This document shows positions 1-7,613 of a stretch of 64,000 nt of DNA, piece by piece (position 1 is the first letter of the stretch; each line of letters opens with the position of its first letter). Origin of the DNA: a virus (taxonomy: Duplodnaviria; Heunggongvirae; Uroviricota; Caudoviricetes); IMG/VR virus record IMGVR_UViG_3300042349_000626. One strand, given 5' to 3'. The notes below the pieces were generated by a model, which did no database searches, was not told the DNA's origin, and saw only the letters and a program-made list of their open reading frames with translations. Both the position numbers and the translations under genes were made by a program.

Positions 1-2
1 AT

Positions 3-3000
3 ACTGCTGGATCTACATTAATTAAAAATTATGAAAAAGATCCCAATCCAGGTGGCACATGTAAATCATTCACCACCTATTTTGATCCAGAAAGAAATCC
101 ATATAAGCATGAGCCTCTACCTGAAGGAAAGAAATCGGAAGGTAATACGGAGAAAGATGATTCGGAGTACACAAAACCTGGACAAGCTGGAGTAATTGCT
201 GCTGCTATTCCTGGACAAGCTCCTGCTAGTTTCTATGCTTTGTTTGCTGAGAATACATCAACTAATCCAACTGGTTCTAAACTTTGTGTTGAAATTGCTA
301 ATCCAAAATGTGGTTCTGAATCTGATTTGTCTGGTGGATTAAAAAATATTTTATCAGAAATGCTTGCTGCTAACCAACAATCTGGTGGGCAACTTGGCGA
401 CTATTATGTGAGTCAAATCAATGGAGAATTAGATAACTATACAAATGTTGCTAGAGGCTATGTTAATAAAGCAACTAGATTAGTTTCTAGTTTTGTGTCT
501 AGAGCAAAGGGCGAGATAATAAAAGTTGTTAGACAAGGCATAGATGGCTTGGTTGACTTAGCATTAACTGTGGACGTTGCTACTACAGATGCCCTAGGCA
601 ATGTTAATACCGGACCAGTTGCTCCCGACCTAGGAGTTGAACCTTTTACACCAATTACTAAAAAAGAAAGTAGATTAAAGCCAGTCATTGATACAATCAA
701 TGAAGTTCTTGATGATTTGGGTTGTAGTATTGCTGATTTTACTGATAGGCTAGCATCTTGGTTGACTGATTTACTTTTAGAAATTTTTATGGAGGCATTC
801 AATGCCGCCACTTGTTTGATTGATGCTGTAATTGAATCTATTATTAGTGAAATATTAAATGGTCTTGAAGAAATTTTATCTGTAGTTTTAGGACCACTAC
901 AAGATTTCTTAAGTATCTTAGCTGCCCCATTAAACATTATTGGATCGGCTATAAGTGCTGTCTTTGATTTGCTAGGTATTTCTTGTGATGGTCCGAATGC
1001 TGAGTGTGAAAAAGTTTCAAAGGAGTGTACTGACTGTGGTTCTGAAGACACTGAAGATTGGCTTGATAAATTACTCAAACAAATTGAAGATGGTCCTTTG
1101 GCAGGAACTTCTGTTTGTGCCGAATCAAAAGAATCGCCAGCTGATGAAGAAACAGGCATCGTATTTGTTGGGGGCATCTTTCAACCTCCAGGAGATGTAC
1201 CAACAGATGCTTCTCCTACAAGTTTGGAAAAAGTTTTTGCCTACAAATCAAATGATCTTCAAGTAGTTGAAGGACAAGATGCTGTTTTTACTATTATAAG
1301 AGAAGGAAATACTTTACTTTCTTCTAGTATAAAATATCAAGTTGTTAATTTATCTGCTACAGAAGGAGTGGATTTTATTAAGCCAAATACTGGAGGGACA
1401 ATTGGGTTTGCTCCTGGCGAGTATCAAAAAACAATAACATTTAAAACTCTTGCTGATGATGTTGATGAAGGCATAGAAAAATTTGCTATTAGATTATCAG
1501 AATCTGTTACCCCAGAGGGATCAAGAACTATATTTCCTGACGGAACAATTTTTGAATGTGAAATTTTAAATTATGATTTAAATTCTATACAACCTCCTGT
1601 GGGAGGATTTGATTTTGAGGCACCTAATGGTTTGACTCCTGCTACAACATCTATAATCAAACCACCATCAAATTTTGTTACAACACCAGTAACAACTTTG
1701 ACTCCAGTGAACAATATTATTCCTACTGTGCCATTGTATACAGTAATACCAGAGAAAACATTTTATTATGAGGGCACGGAAATAGTATTCAATATTTTTA
1801 CTAAAAATGTAAAAGATAATACTGAATTAAATTATACTATTTTTGGTGATGTTGTTGCTGCTGATATTGTTGGTGGTCAACTTACAGGATCATTTATTGT
1901 TGTGGATAACAAAGCAACTGTTAAAATTACAACAACAACAGACAATGATTTAGTTGGTGAAATTGTAAATGATGATGGAACTATATCAACAGAAAACATA
2001 CCAGACCCAACAGAAAGATTAATCTTTGGCATTGATGATACAAATGTTTTCGCTAGTGTTTCTATATTGGGTGATGATATTCCAGTAGAACCATACTATT
2101 TTGTAGAAGCTGATAAGAATGTTTATGCTGAGGGAGAAACGATAGTTTATACAATAACATCCTATAATGTTCCCAACAATACGGTAGTTACATACGAACT
2201 TTCTGGACCAGGCATTACAGAAACTGATATTATCGAGTATGAATTATCTGGCACGTTTACTGTAGTTGATAATAAAGCTACAGTAAACGTACAGTTAACG
2301 GCAGATTCTGATATAGAACAGTCGGAACTATTAATCTTCACCATTACTGGTGTTGATAATGGAGATTTTACTACGGTAATAATTGAGCCAGATAAAACAA
2401 TTCAAGATCCTGTGGGCACTGTTGTTACCCCAACATTCTTTGTTCAATCTGATAAAATTGAATATGAGGAAGGAGAAACAGCAGAATTTACTATCACCAC
2501 AACTAATGTTCCTAATGGAACTAAATTACAATATGTTTTGTATGGTCCTTCGTTAAAATCATCTGATATTATTAATGGTGTACTGTTTGATACGTTTGTT
2601 GTTTATAATAACACAGCAAAAATTTATATTGGTATTAATAAAGACTTAGAAATTGAAAGCAATGAAGTGATCACTTTTGTTATCAATGGGACTGGAGCTT
2701 CGGCACAAATTATTGTGTTGGGAGAAATCGTTGAACCTCCTGTTGTGGTTCCTGATGTTATTAAACCTTGTATAACATCTCCATCAGCTGGTGTTCCTGT
2801 CACGAATGAATCTGGGGCAATCGTTAGCATACCAATTATTGATAGAGGGTGTCCGTATCAAAAACCACCTAGAGTAATCATACGTGGGAAAGGATATGGA
2901 GCTTCTGCTATTGCTTTGTTGGATGAAAACGGATATGTGAGTGAAGTAAGAGTGACAAGAACTGGCAGAGGATATGTAAAAAATACTTCTGTTAATCAAA

Positions 3001-3308
3001 ACTTAACCTGTGTCATTGATTCATATACATTATTGAATCCAGGTAGAGGGTATACTTCAGAACCAGAAGTATACATTGACGGTCAACTTGGAATTGCTAG
3101 AGCAAGAATAAATGATCTCGGATATGTTTTTAGTGTAGAAGTTCTCGACAGAACAAAAACCTTTAAGGATATTCCTAGTATTATAATTAGAGGTGGCGGT
3201 GGTGCTGGTGCTAGAGTATTACCTAGTTTAAATTGCCTAGATAAGGTAGAACTTGAAACCAAAGGCTATGCCAAAATTGGAACAGGTAAATATATTGATT
3301 GCCCATAA
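3..3308 (+). CDS. large virion structural/surface protein, 5'-partial (frame open from window start; ORF track starts it at TTG 240); Calx-beta-like domain plus three tandem ~100-aa repeats
   Basis: No stop in frame from nt 3. Segment VVEGQDAVFTIIREGN...GVDF...TITF...DDVDEGIEKFAIRL fits a Calx-beta pattern. Three repeats begin YYEGTEIVFNIF / YAEGETIVYTIT / YEEGETAEFTIT. Confidence 0.55.
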   Translation, partial: TAGSTLIKNYEKDPNPGGTCKSFTTYFDPERNPYKHEPLPEGKKSEGNTEKDDSEYTKPGQAGVIAAAIPGQAPASFYALFAENTSTNPTGSKLCVEIANPKCGSESDLSGGLKNILSEMLAANQQSGGQLGDYYVSQINGELDNYTNVARGYVNKATRLVSSFVSRAKGEIIKVVRQGIDGLVDLALTVDVATTDALGNVNTGPVAPDLGVEPFTPITKKESRLKPVIDTINEVLDDLGCSIADFTDRLASWLTDLLLEIFMEAFNAATCLIDAVIESIISEILNGLEEILSVVLGPLQDFLSILAAPLNIIGSAISAVFDLLGISCDGPNAECEKVSKECTDCGSEDTEDWLDKLLKQIEDGPLAGTSVCAESKESPADEETGIVFVGGIFQPPGDVPTDASPTSLEKVFAYKSNDLQVVEGQDAVFTIIREGNTLLSSSIKYQVVNLSATEGVDFIKPNTGGTIGFAPGEYQKTITFKTLADDVDEGIEKFAIRLSESVTPEGSRTIFPDGTIFECEILNYDLNSIQPPVGGFDFEAPNGLTPATTSIIKPPSNFVTTPVTTLTPVNNIIPTVPLYTVIPEKTFYYEGTEIVFNIFTKNVKDNTELNYTIFGDVVAADIVGGQLTGSFIVVDNKATVKITTTTDNDLVGEIVNDDGTISTENIPDPTERLIFGIDDTNVFASVSILGDDIPVEPYYFVEADKNVYAEGETIVYTITSYNVPNNTVVTYELSGPGITETDIIEYELSGTFTVVDNKATVNVQLTADSDIEQSELLIFTITGVDNGDFTTVIIEPDKTIQDPVGTVVTPTFFVQSDKIEYEEGETAEFTITTTNVPNGTKLQYVLYGPSLKSSDIINGVLFDTFVVYNNTAKIYIGINKDLEIESNEVITFVINGTGASAQIIVLGEIVEPPVVVPDVIKPCITSPSAGVPVTNESGAIVSIPIIDRGCPYQKPPRVIIRGKGYGASAIALLDENGYVSEVRVTRTGRGYVKNTSVNQNLTCVIDSYTLLNPGRGYTSEPEVYIDGQLGIARARINDLGYVFSVEVLDRTKTFKDIPSIIIRGGGGAGARVLPSLNCLDKVELETKGYAKIGTGKYIDCP

Positions 3309-4504
3309 TGTCTGTAACTAACAAACCCGCTTCAAATCCAGATGTAACAAAAGGAACTGTTCCTAATGCTGATGGAGATCTTTCTTTTAAATATGGCGAA
3401 GGTCCAATACCAGATTATTCTTATCTGTTAGGCAAATGGACTCTTACTACGTATACATTTCCTGAAGATGGATCTTCTGGCTTTGCTATAACTGATGGTA
3501 AATCAGCATTCCACATAGACAATCAGGGAAACATAATCTTTGGCACTGGGTCTCCATCTCAAAGTGGATGTGGTGGCAAACTGATTATGAAATCAGAAGC
3601 ACAACTACAAAAAACAGGATCTGTTTCAATTGAAGTTCAAGGAAGACCAGACGACGGTTCTGTAAAAAAGGAAACGAATGCTACTGGAGGCATAAGTGAA
3701 ACTAAACTGCCTGCTTACTCGCTAAAAGTATATGGAGATGTGTTAATTGAATGTATTGGTGGTGAAGCAGTTATAAAAGGAGAAAACATTACCTTAAATG
3801 CTGCTAGCACACTTAATTTAAATTCAGGAAAAGATATTAATCTCACGGCAGGTAAAGAGGGTGGTAGAATTAATATGTTTGGTGGAACTTTTTCACTCAA
3901 TACTAGCTTCTTTGAAAAAAATCTGAGTGGTGGTGAATACTCCAAGGGAGCAGGCGAAGTACAAATAGAACAGTACAACCCAAATGCTTCAACATCTGTT
4001 TCAACACCAGGAAGTGTTAATTATACAGTCAATGGTAATTATGATCTCGGAGTTACTGGAGACTATAAACAAATTGTTAATAAGAATTATTCATTGAGCG
4101 TTGATTTAGATTATGCTAGAGAAGTTAAAGGAAATGCCTCAGAAAAAACTGTAGGTAAACAGAAAACATCAATAACTGGAACAAAAATTCGTGAGTCATC
4201 ACAACAAGAGTCATATGTGTTAGAAGTAGGAGCAAATCCAACACCAGAAATAGCTGCTTATAAGGTATCTAGTGGCGGCAAAGTTGAAATGAGTACCACC
4301 ACAGGTGGATTTAAATTTGAGGCTGCTGCTCAAGTAAGCACCATGACACTTGACGAAAAATCTTTCAAGGTAAATGTTGGTAAAGAATTGGGTGTGCTTG
4401 AGATGTCTGAAACGAAAGCAGAATTTTCTTATGGAAAGACATCAAAAATTACACTGGAGCCAGCTAAAATTTCTGTGGTGGCGACACAAATTTACCTAAA
4501 TTGA
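3299..4504 (+). CDS. Gly/Ser/Thr-rich structural protein, possibly beta-helical (baseplate or needle-like)
   Basis: 401-aa ORF overlapping the previous stop. Low-complexity G/S/T/N-rich repeats typical of fibrous virion proteins. Confidence 0.45.
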   Translation: MPIMSVTNKPASNPDVTKGTVPNADGDLSFKYGEGPIPDYSYLLGKWTLTTYTFPEDGSSGFAITDGKSAFHIDNQGNIIFGTGSPSQSGCGGKLIMKSEAQLQKTGSVSIEVQGRPDDGSVKKETNATGGISETKLPAYSLKVYGDVLIECIGGEAVIKGENITLNAASTLNLNSGKDINLTAGKEGGRINMFGGTFSLNTSFFEKNLSGGEYSKGAGEVQIEQYNPNASTSVSTPGSVNYTVNGNYDLGVTGDYKQIVNKNYSLSVDLDYAREVKGNASEKTVGKQKTSITGTKIRESSQQESYVLEVGANPTPEIAAYKVSSGGKVEMSTTTGGFKFEAAAQVSTMTLDEKSFKVNVGKELGVLEMSETKAEFSYGKTSKITLEPAKISVVATQIYLN

Positions 4505-4523
4505 AATTGGAAAACTGAAACCA

Positions 4524-4580
4524 GGAAATCAGCAAAAAATTCTCTGGTAAAAAATCACTCAAAAAGTCGAGCAATAAATA
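4524..4580. repeat. ~55-bp A-tract/hairpin element, copy 1 of 2 (GAAATC..AAAAAATT..GGTAAAAAATC..CAAAAAGT)
   Basis: Near-identical element at 6760-6815. Both lie directly upstream of a small gene. Confidence 0.5.
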
Positions 4581-4601
4581 CCAATAACATTGAGGTGTAT
4601 T

Positions 4602-4922
4602 ATGTTATCTACCCAGTATCGTCTTCGCTTAGAATCTATTTGTCAAAAAATTGTTGCTGGACAAACAGTAGAATTATCTGAAATGATATGGGCAGAAAAA
4701 TTAGCAAAATCAAATAGAAGTGCTGCCACTATACTTAGACAAGCAAGACGTACTGCTAATAATCCAGATATGGTTGAGGGAGATATGGATGATTTTTTGA
4801 ATCAACTTGATATTGGTGGCACTGGTCACGAATCTAAAGGTATTACTGGATTTGATAGTATTGATGAGATTGTTGACTGGTTTCGCCAAGACAAACCAGA
4901 AGACTGGAGACAGCGTGACTAG
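4602..4922 (+). CDS. hypothetical protein (ATG 4602 with GAGG RBS; ORF track starts it at 4590)
   Basis: ORF; the stop TAG lies immediately 5' of a TGGCACA element. Confidence 0.4.
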   Translation: MLSTQYRLRLESICQKIVAGQTVELSEMIWAEKLAKSNRSAATILRQARRTANNPDMVEGDMDDFLNQLDIGGTGHESKGITGFDSIDEIVDWFRQDKPEDWRQRD

Positions 4923-4964
4923 TGGCACAGGGGGGTTGACAGACCAGCTTAAAGCTGCTATTAT
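4923..4964 (+). promoter_or_regulatory. sigma70-like promoter with upstream TGGCACA: TGGCACA(4923)-G6-TTGACA(4936)-17-TATTAT(4959)
   Basis: Consensus -35, 17-bp spacer, -10. Member of the repeated element family. Confidence 0.5.
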
Positions 4965-4990
4965 ACATACATACACGGGTCGAGGAAACA

Positions 4991-5122
4991 ATGAAAGTTC
5001 CAAATTGGCAACACCACAGCAAAAAAGAACAGAAGCGTACCCTCAAGCCCCAAGCATTGAGAGCTGCCAGAAAGCGTAGGCAGGCACTGAAAAACCTCTT
5101 GACAGCAACGGGACGAATATGA
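4991..5122 (+). CDS. small highly basic protein (43 aa, K/R-rich)
   Basis: ATG preceded by GAGG. Not in the track because it is under 60 aa. Sits between the promoter and the tRNAs. Confidence 0.25.
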   Translation: MKVPNWQHHSKKEQKRTLKPQALRAARKRRQALKNLLTATGRI

Positions 5123-5146
5123 TACCATAGATTGGTATCAATTCAA

Positions 5147-5236
5147 GCGAGTGAGACTTGGTAGTCAGAGGAGTCTTATAAACTCTTTCCGCCAGATTAG
5201 CGGCTTTGAGGTGGTTCGAATCCACCCACTCGTACC
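5147..5236 (+). ncRNA. tRNA-like structured RNA: canonical T-arm (GGTGG-TTCGAAT-CCACC), 7-bp acceptor pairing, long variable-arm hairpin; D-arm and anticodon arm do not fit a canonical fold (loop CTTATAA would give UAU)
   Basis: Hand fold. Acceptor GCGAGTG/CACTCGT. The D-region contains TTGGTAG as in Leu-type D-loops. The anticodon arm needs a 6-7 bp stem or a 9-nt loop. Confidence 0.35.
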
Positions 5237-5238
5237 TT

Positions 5239-5311
5239 GCTCCTTTAGCAATCTGGCGAATGCACCGAACTCATAATTCGGCTAAGGTGGGTTCGATCCC
5301 CTCAAGGAGCA
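5239..5311 (+). tRNA. tRNA-Met (CAU), elongator type; could instead be a tRNA-Ile2 (lysidine) gene
   Basis: Perfect acceptor GCTCCTT/AAGGAGC. Anticodon stem CCGAA/TTCGG with loop CTCATAA. T-loop TTCGATC. 5-nt variable loop. Confidence 0.8.
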
Positions 5312-5312
5312 C

Positions 5313-5341
5313 TTGACAATCTGAGCAAAACCTGCTACAAT
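5313..5341 (+). promoter_or_regulatory. internal sigma70-like promoter TTGACA-17-TACAAT overlapping the 3' end of tRNA-Met
   Basis: Consensus spacing. AAAACCTGCTACA motif is shared with the 59601-59641 element. Confidence 0.5.
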
Positions 5342-5355
5342 TGTCACATACACAT

Positions 5356-5428
5356 GCCCGTGTAGTCCAACGGCAGAGACAGGGGACTTAAAATCCCTCC
5401 AGTGTCGGTTCGAATCCGACCACGGGTA
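5356..5428 (+). tRNA. tRNA with anticodon UAA (Leu-type anticodon arm GGGGA-CTTAAAA-TCCCT) but a short 5-nt variable loop
   Basis: Acceptor GCCCGTG/CACGGGT. 3-bp D-stem. T-arm GTCGG-TTCGAAT-CCGAC. Discriminator A. Confidence 0.65.
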
Positions 5429-5459
5429 TTCCACTAAATAAAACGAGTGGAAAAAAGTA

Positions 5460-5726
5460 ATGAAATACACACTTTCTCAATCATATTGCTTTTATATGGG
5501 CGAGGTAGTTCGTATGTATTTCATACAGGGTATGCCATATACCTTTGACGAACTTCCTGCCCTCATACAAGACCATCCTTCTGTCCAAACTGAAGCCCTA
5601 TCTAATAGGGATTTTGATGATGAAGACATGTTTATTTGGTCTAATTATTTGATGATGGAAGAGGCTCATCCGCTAATGTTTGAATTGGAATTTGAAAATC
5701 CTGAGTTACTACCTAAAGATGATTAA
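5460..5726 (+). CDS. hypothetical protein
   Basis: 88-aa ORF inside the tRNA cluster. Stop overlaps the next start (GATGATTAA). Confidence 0.4.
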   Translation: MKYTLSQSYCFYMGEVVRMYFIQGMPYTFDELPALIQDHPSVQTEALSNRDFDDEDMFIWSNYLMMEEAHPLMFELEFENPELLPKDD

Positions 5727-6243
5727 AGAATTTTTTAGATTAATCGAAGGACGATTCGAAAACAAAATCCAAGCATTTTCTAACCCAAGCAAGTATGCCT
5801 TTATTAGGGTAACCCATGTGAACTTGGGTGGTGGTTTGATTTATGGAGAACAAGCATACAATTATCAGTTAAACAAACCTTATCGTCAGTTTGTTCTTCA
5901 GCCCAAAGAAGAAAACGGACAAATTCATATCTATAATTATGAATTGATTGATAAAGAAAACTATACTGGTTTTAAAAGGCTTGACGAAATCGACCAGGAT
6001 GTGCTAAAATTAAAAAGTGGTTGTGACGTGTTCATGACTCCCAAAAACAATTCCTTCGTGGGTGGTATCCAGGGATGTAATTGTATGGTAGACTGGAATG
6101 GTCGTCAAACCTACCTCCAAAACGAAATTGAGATAACACCAACTCATTATTACGTTATGGATCGTGGATTCTGTGCTGAACATAAGCATCAGCTTTGGGG
6201 TTCTAAATACGGTAGGTTTGAATTTGTTAGAATGCCTGAGTAG
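5719..6243 (+). CDS. cpeT: CpcT/CpeT-family phycobilin lyase homolog
   Basis: Motifs NKIQAFSNPSKYAFIRV, GEQAYNY, PYRQFVL, GCDVFM, FEFVR match the CpcT/DUF1001 pattern as I remember it. Confidence 0.7.
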   Translation: MIKEFFRLIEGRFENKIQAFSNPSKYAFIRVTHVNLGGGLIYGEQAYNYQLNKPYRQFVLQPKEENGQIHIYNYELIDKENYTGFKRLDEIDQDVLKLKSGCDVFMTPKNNSFVGGIQGCNCMVDWNGRQTYLQNEIEITPTHYYVMDRGFCAEHKHQLWGSKYGRFEFVRMPE

Positions 6244-6307
6244 CTCAGCTGGATAGAGCAACGGTTTTGTAAACCGTAGGTCGTCGGTTCAAGTCCGACC
6301 TTAGGCT
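6234..6307 (+). tRNA. tRNA-Thr (UGU)
   Basis: Acceptor GCCTGAG/CTTAGGC. D-arm GCTC..GAGC. Anticodon arm ACGGT-TTTGTAA-ACCGT. T-arm GTCGG-TTCAAGT-CCGAC. Confidence 0.85.
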
Positions 6308-6411
6308 CTCGCTTTCACATGGACTGGAAATATCTGGTCGTAGTGATAGCGTTCAATGTAGGAACCAAAACCTCTCCTTGGTCTTAGTATTCTGTGTCCA
6401 AGTGAAGTAAA

Positions 6412-6441
6412 GAGGGGGGCTTAAGGTGATGCTCCCCCCTC
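6412..6441. other. strong GC hairpin (GAGGGGGG-14 nt loop-CCCCCCTC) with no U-run
   Basis: 8-bp G/C stem between tRNA-Thr and the tRNA-like element. Possible RNA processing or structure signal. Confidence 0.4.
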
Positions 6442-6450
6442 CTACCACAA

Positions 6451-6522
6451 CTTCTGGTAGTCTATTGGTAAGGACGGGTGGACAACACACATGGAAACTA
6501 GGTTCGATTCCTAGACAGAGGA
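6451..6522 (+). ncRNA. degenerate tRNA-like element (pseudo-tRNA or stable small RNA): good D-arm and T-arm, anticodon arm not foldable
   Basis: Acceptor 6 of 7 pairs. D-arm GTCT-ATTGGTAA-GGAC. T-arm CTAGG-TTCGATT-CCTAG. The 17 nt where the anticodon arm should be (GGTGGACAACACACATG) make at most 3 pairs. Confidence 0.3.
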
Positions 6523-6640
6523 AATAAGGTAAGGAAAGTAAAAGGAGCATGGGAACCGTATGGAGATACCGCACCTGCCTTGTTAACACCCCTCAAGCCT
6601 ATCTCGGGACGCCGAATGATGCTCAAACAGAGGGGTCACT

Positions 6641-6720
6641 GCCCAAGTGGTGAAATTGGTATACACGCATGACTTAGGATCATGTGCTTCGGCGTGGAGG
6701 TTCGAGTCCTCTCTTGGGCA
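6641..6720 (+). tRNA. tRNA-Leu (UAG), class II
   Basis: Acceptor GCCCAAG/CTTGGGC. D-loop AAATTGGTATA. Anticodon arm CATGA-CTTAGGA-TCATG. 11-nt variable arm. T-arm GGAGG-TTCGAGT-CCTCT. Discriminator A. Confidence 0.85.
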
Positions 6721-6759
6721 CTTCGGATTACAAATCCGAAATTCAAAAACTAAATACAT

Positions 6760-6815
6760 GAAATCGGGAAAAAAATTCCCGGTAAAAAATCGTCAAAAAA
6801 GTTGAGGGTAAAAAA
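6760..6815. repeat. ~55-bp A-tract/hairpin element, copy 2 (contains the CGGGAAAAAAATTCCCG hairpin)
   Basis: Homologous to 4524-4580. Directly upstream of ORF 6814. Confidence 0.5.
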
Positions 6816-6957
6816 TGAGCTTACTTTCTAAGAAAGACCATGAAATGGTCATCGAGGCACTAGAAACCCTAATCCAAACAAAGGAGGAATCTGACGATAA
6901 ATTTGAATACTATAATTTACTTAATTGGGTAAAATTGAAGCAAAAAGACAAATTCTG
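6814..6957 (+). CDS. small hypothetical protein (47 aa)
   Basis: ORF downstream of the repeated element. Under 60 aa, so absent from the track. Confidence 0.3.
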
Positions 6958-6965
6958 ACTTAATC

Positions 6966-7382
6966 ATGTCACTTCTTGAAATTCTATTCAATGAAAAATC
7001 TGAAATAGCTGTACAAACCAGAGTTTGTAGGTATTGTAAAAAAGAAAAACCATTAACTAAAGATTTCTATCACAGAAATCATTCTACCCAAAATGGTTTT
7101 AGATATGAATGTAAAGAATGTAGAAAACCGGGAGGTGTTAAAGACCCTTCAGCTTCTAAGAAATTGAAGAAAAAATATAATCTAAAAACACCACTCCTAG
7201 GCACTCCTTGTGCTTGTTGTGGAAAAACTGATCAACTGCTGGTTTGTGATCATATTCATGGAACTGAAACCATTCGTGGTTTTATTTGTGATAATTGTAA
7301 TGTTGGTATTGGGAGACTTGGTGATAGTATTGAAGGCGTAAAAAAGGCACTTAATTATCTTGAGGGAAATTATTTGACATAA
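6966..7382 (+). CDS. HNH homing endonuclease with N-terminal zinc ribbon, inserted in the tRNA cluster
   Basis: CRYCKKEKPL..GFRYECKEC zinc ribbon plus CDHIHG...GFICDNCN HNH motif. AT-rich. Lies between tRNA genes. Confidence 0.7.
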   Translation: MSLLEILFNEKSEIAVQTRVCRYCKKEKPLTKDFYHRNHSTQNGFRYECKECRKPGGVKDPSASKKLKKKYNLKTPLLGTPCACCGKTDQLLVCDHIHGTETIRGFICDNCNVGIGRLGDSIEGVKKALNYLEGNYLT

Positions 7383-7385
7383 CAA

Positions 7386-7457
7386 TGGAGTGTAGCTCAG
7401 TGGTAGAGCGGTCGGCTGTTAACCGATTGGTCGTAGGTTCGAATCCCACCACTCCAG
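7386..7457 (+). tRNA. tRNA-Asn (GUU)
   Basis: Acceptor TGGAGTG/CACTCCA. D-arm GCTC-AGTGGTA-GAGC. Anticodon arm GTCGG-CTGTTAA-CCGAT. T-loop TTCGAAT with one T-stem mismatch. Confidence 0.85.
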
Positions 7458-7460
7458 TTT

Positions 7461-7543
7461 GGGTAGGTGTCCGAGTGGTTTAAGGAACCTGACTGTAAAT
7501 CAGGCGGCTCTGTCCAACGTTGGTTCAAATCCAACCCTGCCCA
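7461..7543 (+). tRNA. tRNA-Tyr (GUA), class II with 14-nt variable arm
   Basis: Acceptor GGGTAGG/CCTGCCC. Anticodon arm CCTGA-CTGTAAA-TCAGG. T-arm GTTGG-TTCAAAT-CCAAC. Confidence 0.85.
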
Positions 7544-7587
7544 TTGGCGATACTGCCAAACCAGAATCCCTTCCGTGTGCTTTAAAA

Positions 7588-7612
7588 CCTCTCCTTCGGG
7601 AGGGGTTTTATT
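7588..7612 (+). terminator. intrinsic terminator (CCTCTCC-TTCG-GGAGGGG then TTTTATT) ending the tRNA cluster
   Basis: 7-bp stem with UUCG tetraloop plus a U-run. Confidence 0.6.
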
Positions 7613-7613
7613 G

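Noticed and set aside
4923-4941. TGGCACA-N5/6-TTGAC read as a sigma54 (-24 GG / -12 GC) promoter
   Set aside because: In every copy the TTG is one nucleotide out of register relative to the fixed sigma54 spacing, and the -12 dinucleotide is GA rather than GC. The elements are followed by properly spaced -10 boxes, so a sigma70-type reading fits better.
6353-6589. 78-aa minus-strand ORF across the tRNA-like region
   Set aside because: It overlaps the GC hairpin and the tRNA-like element and runs antisense to the tRNA transcription unit. It is almost certainly spurious.
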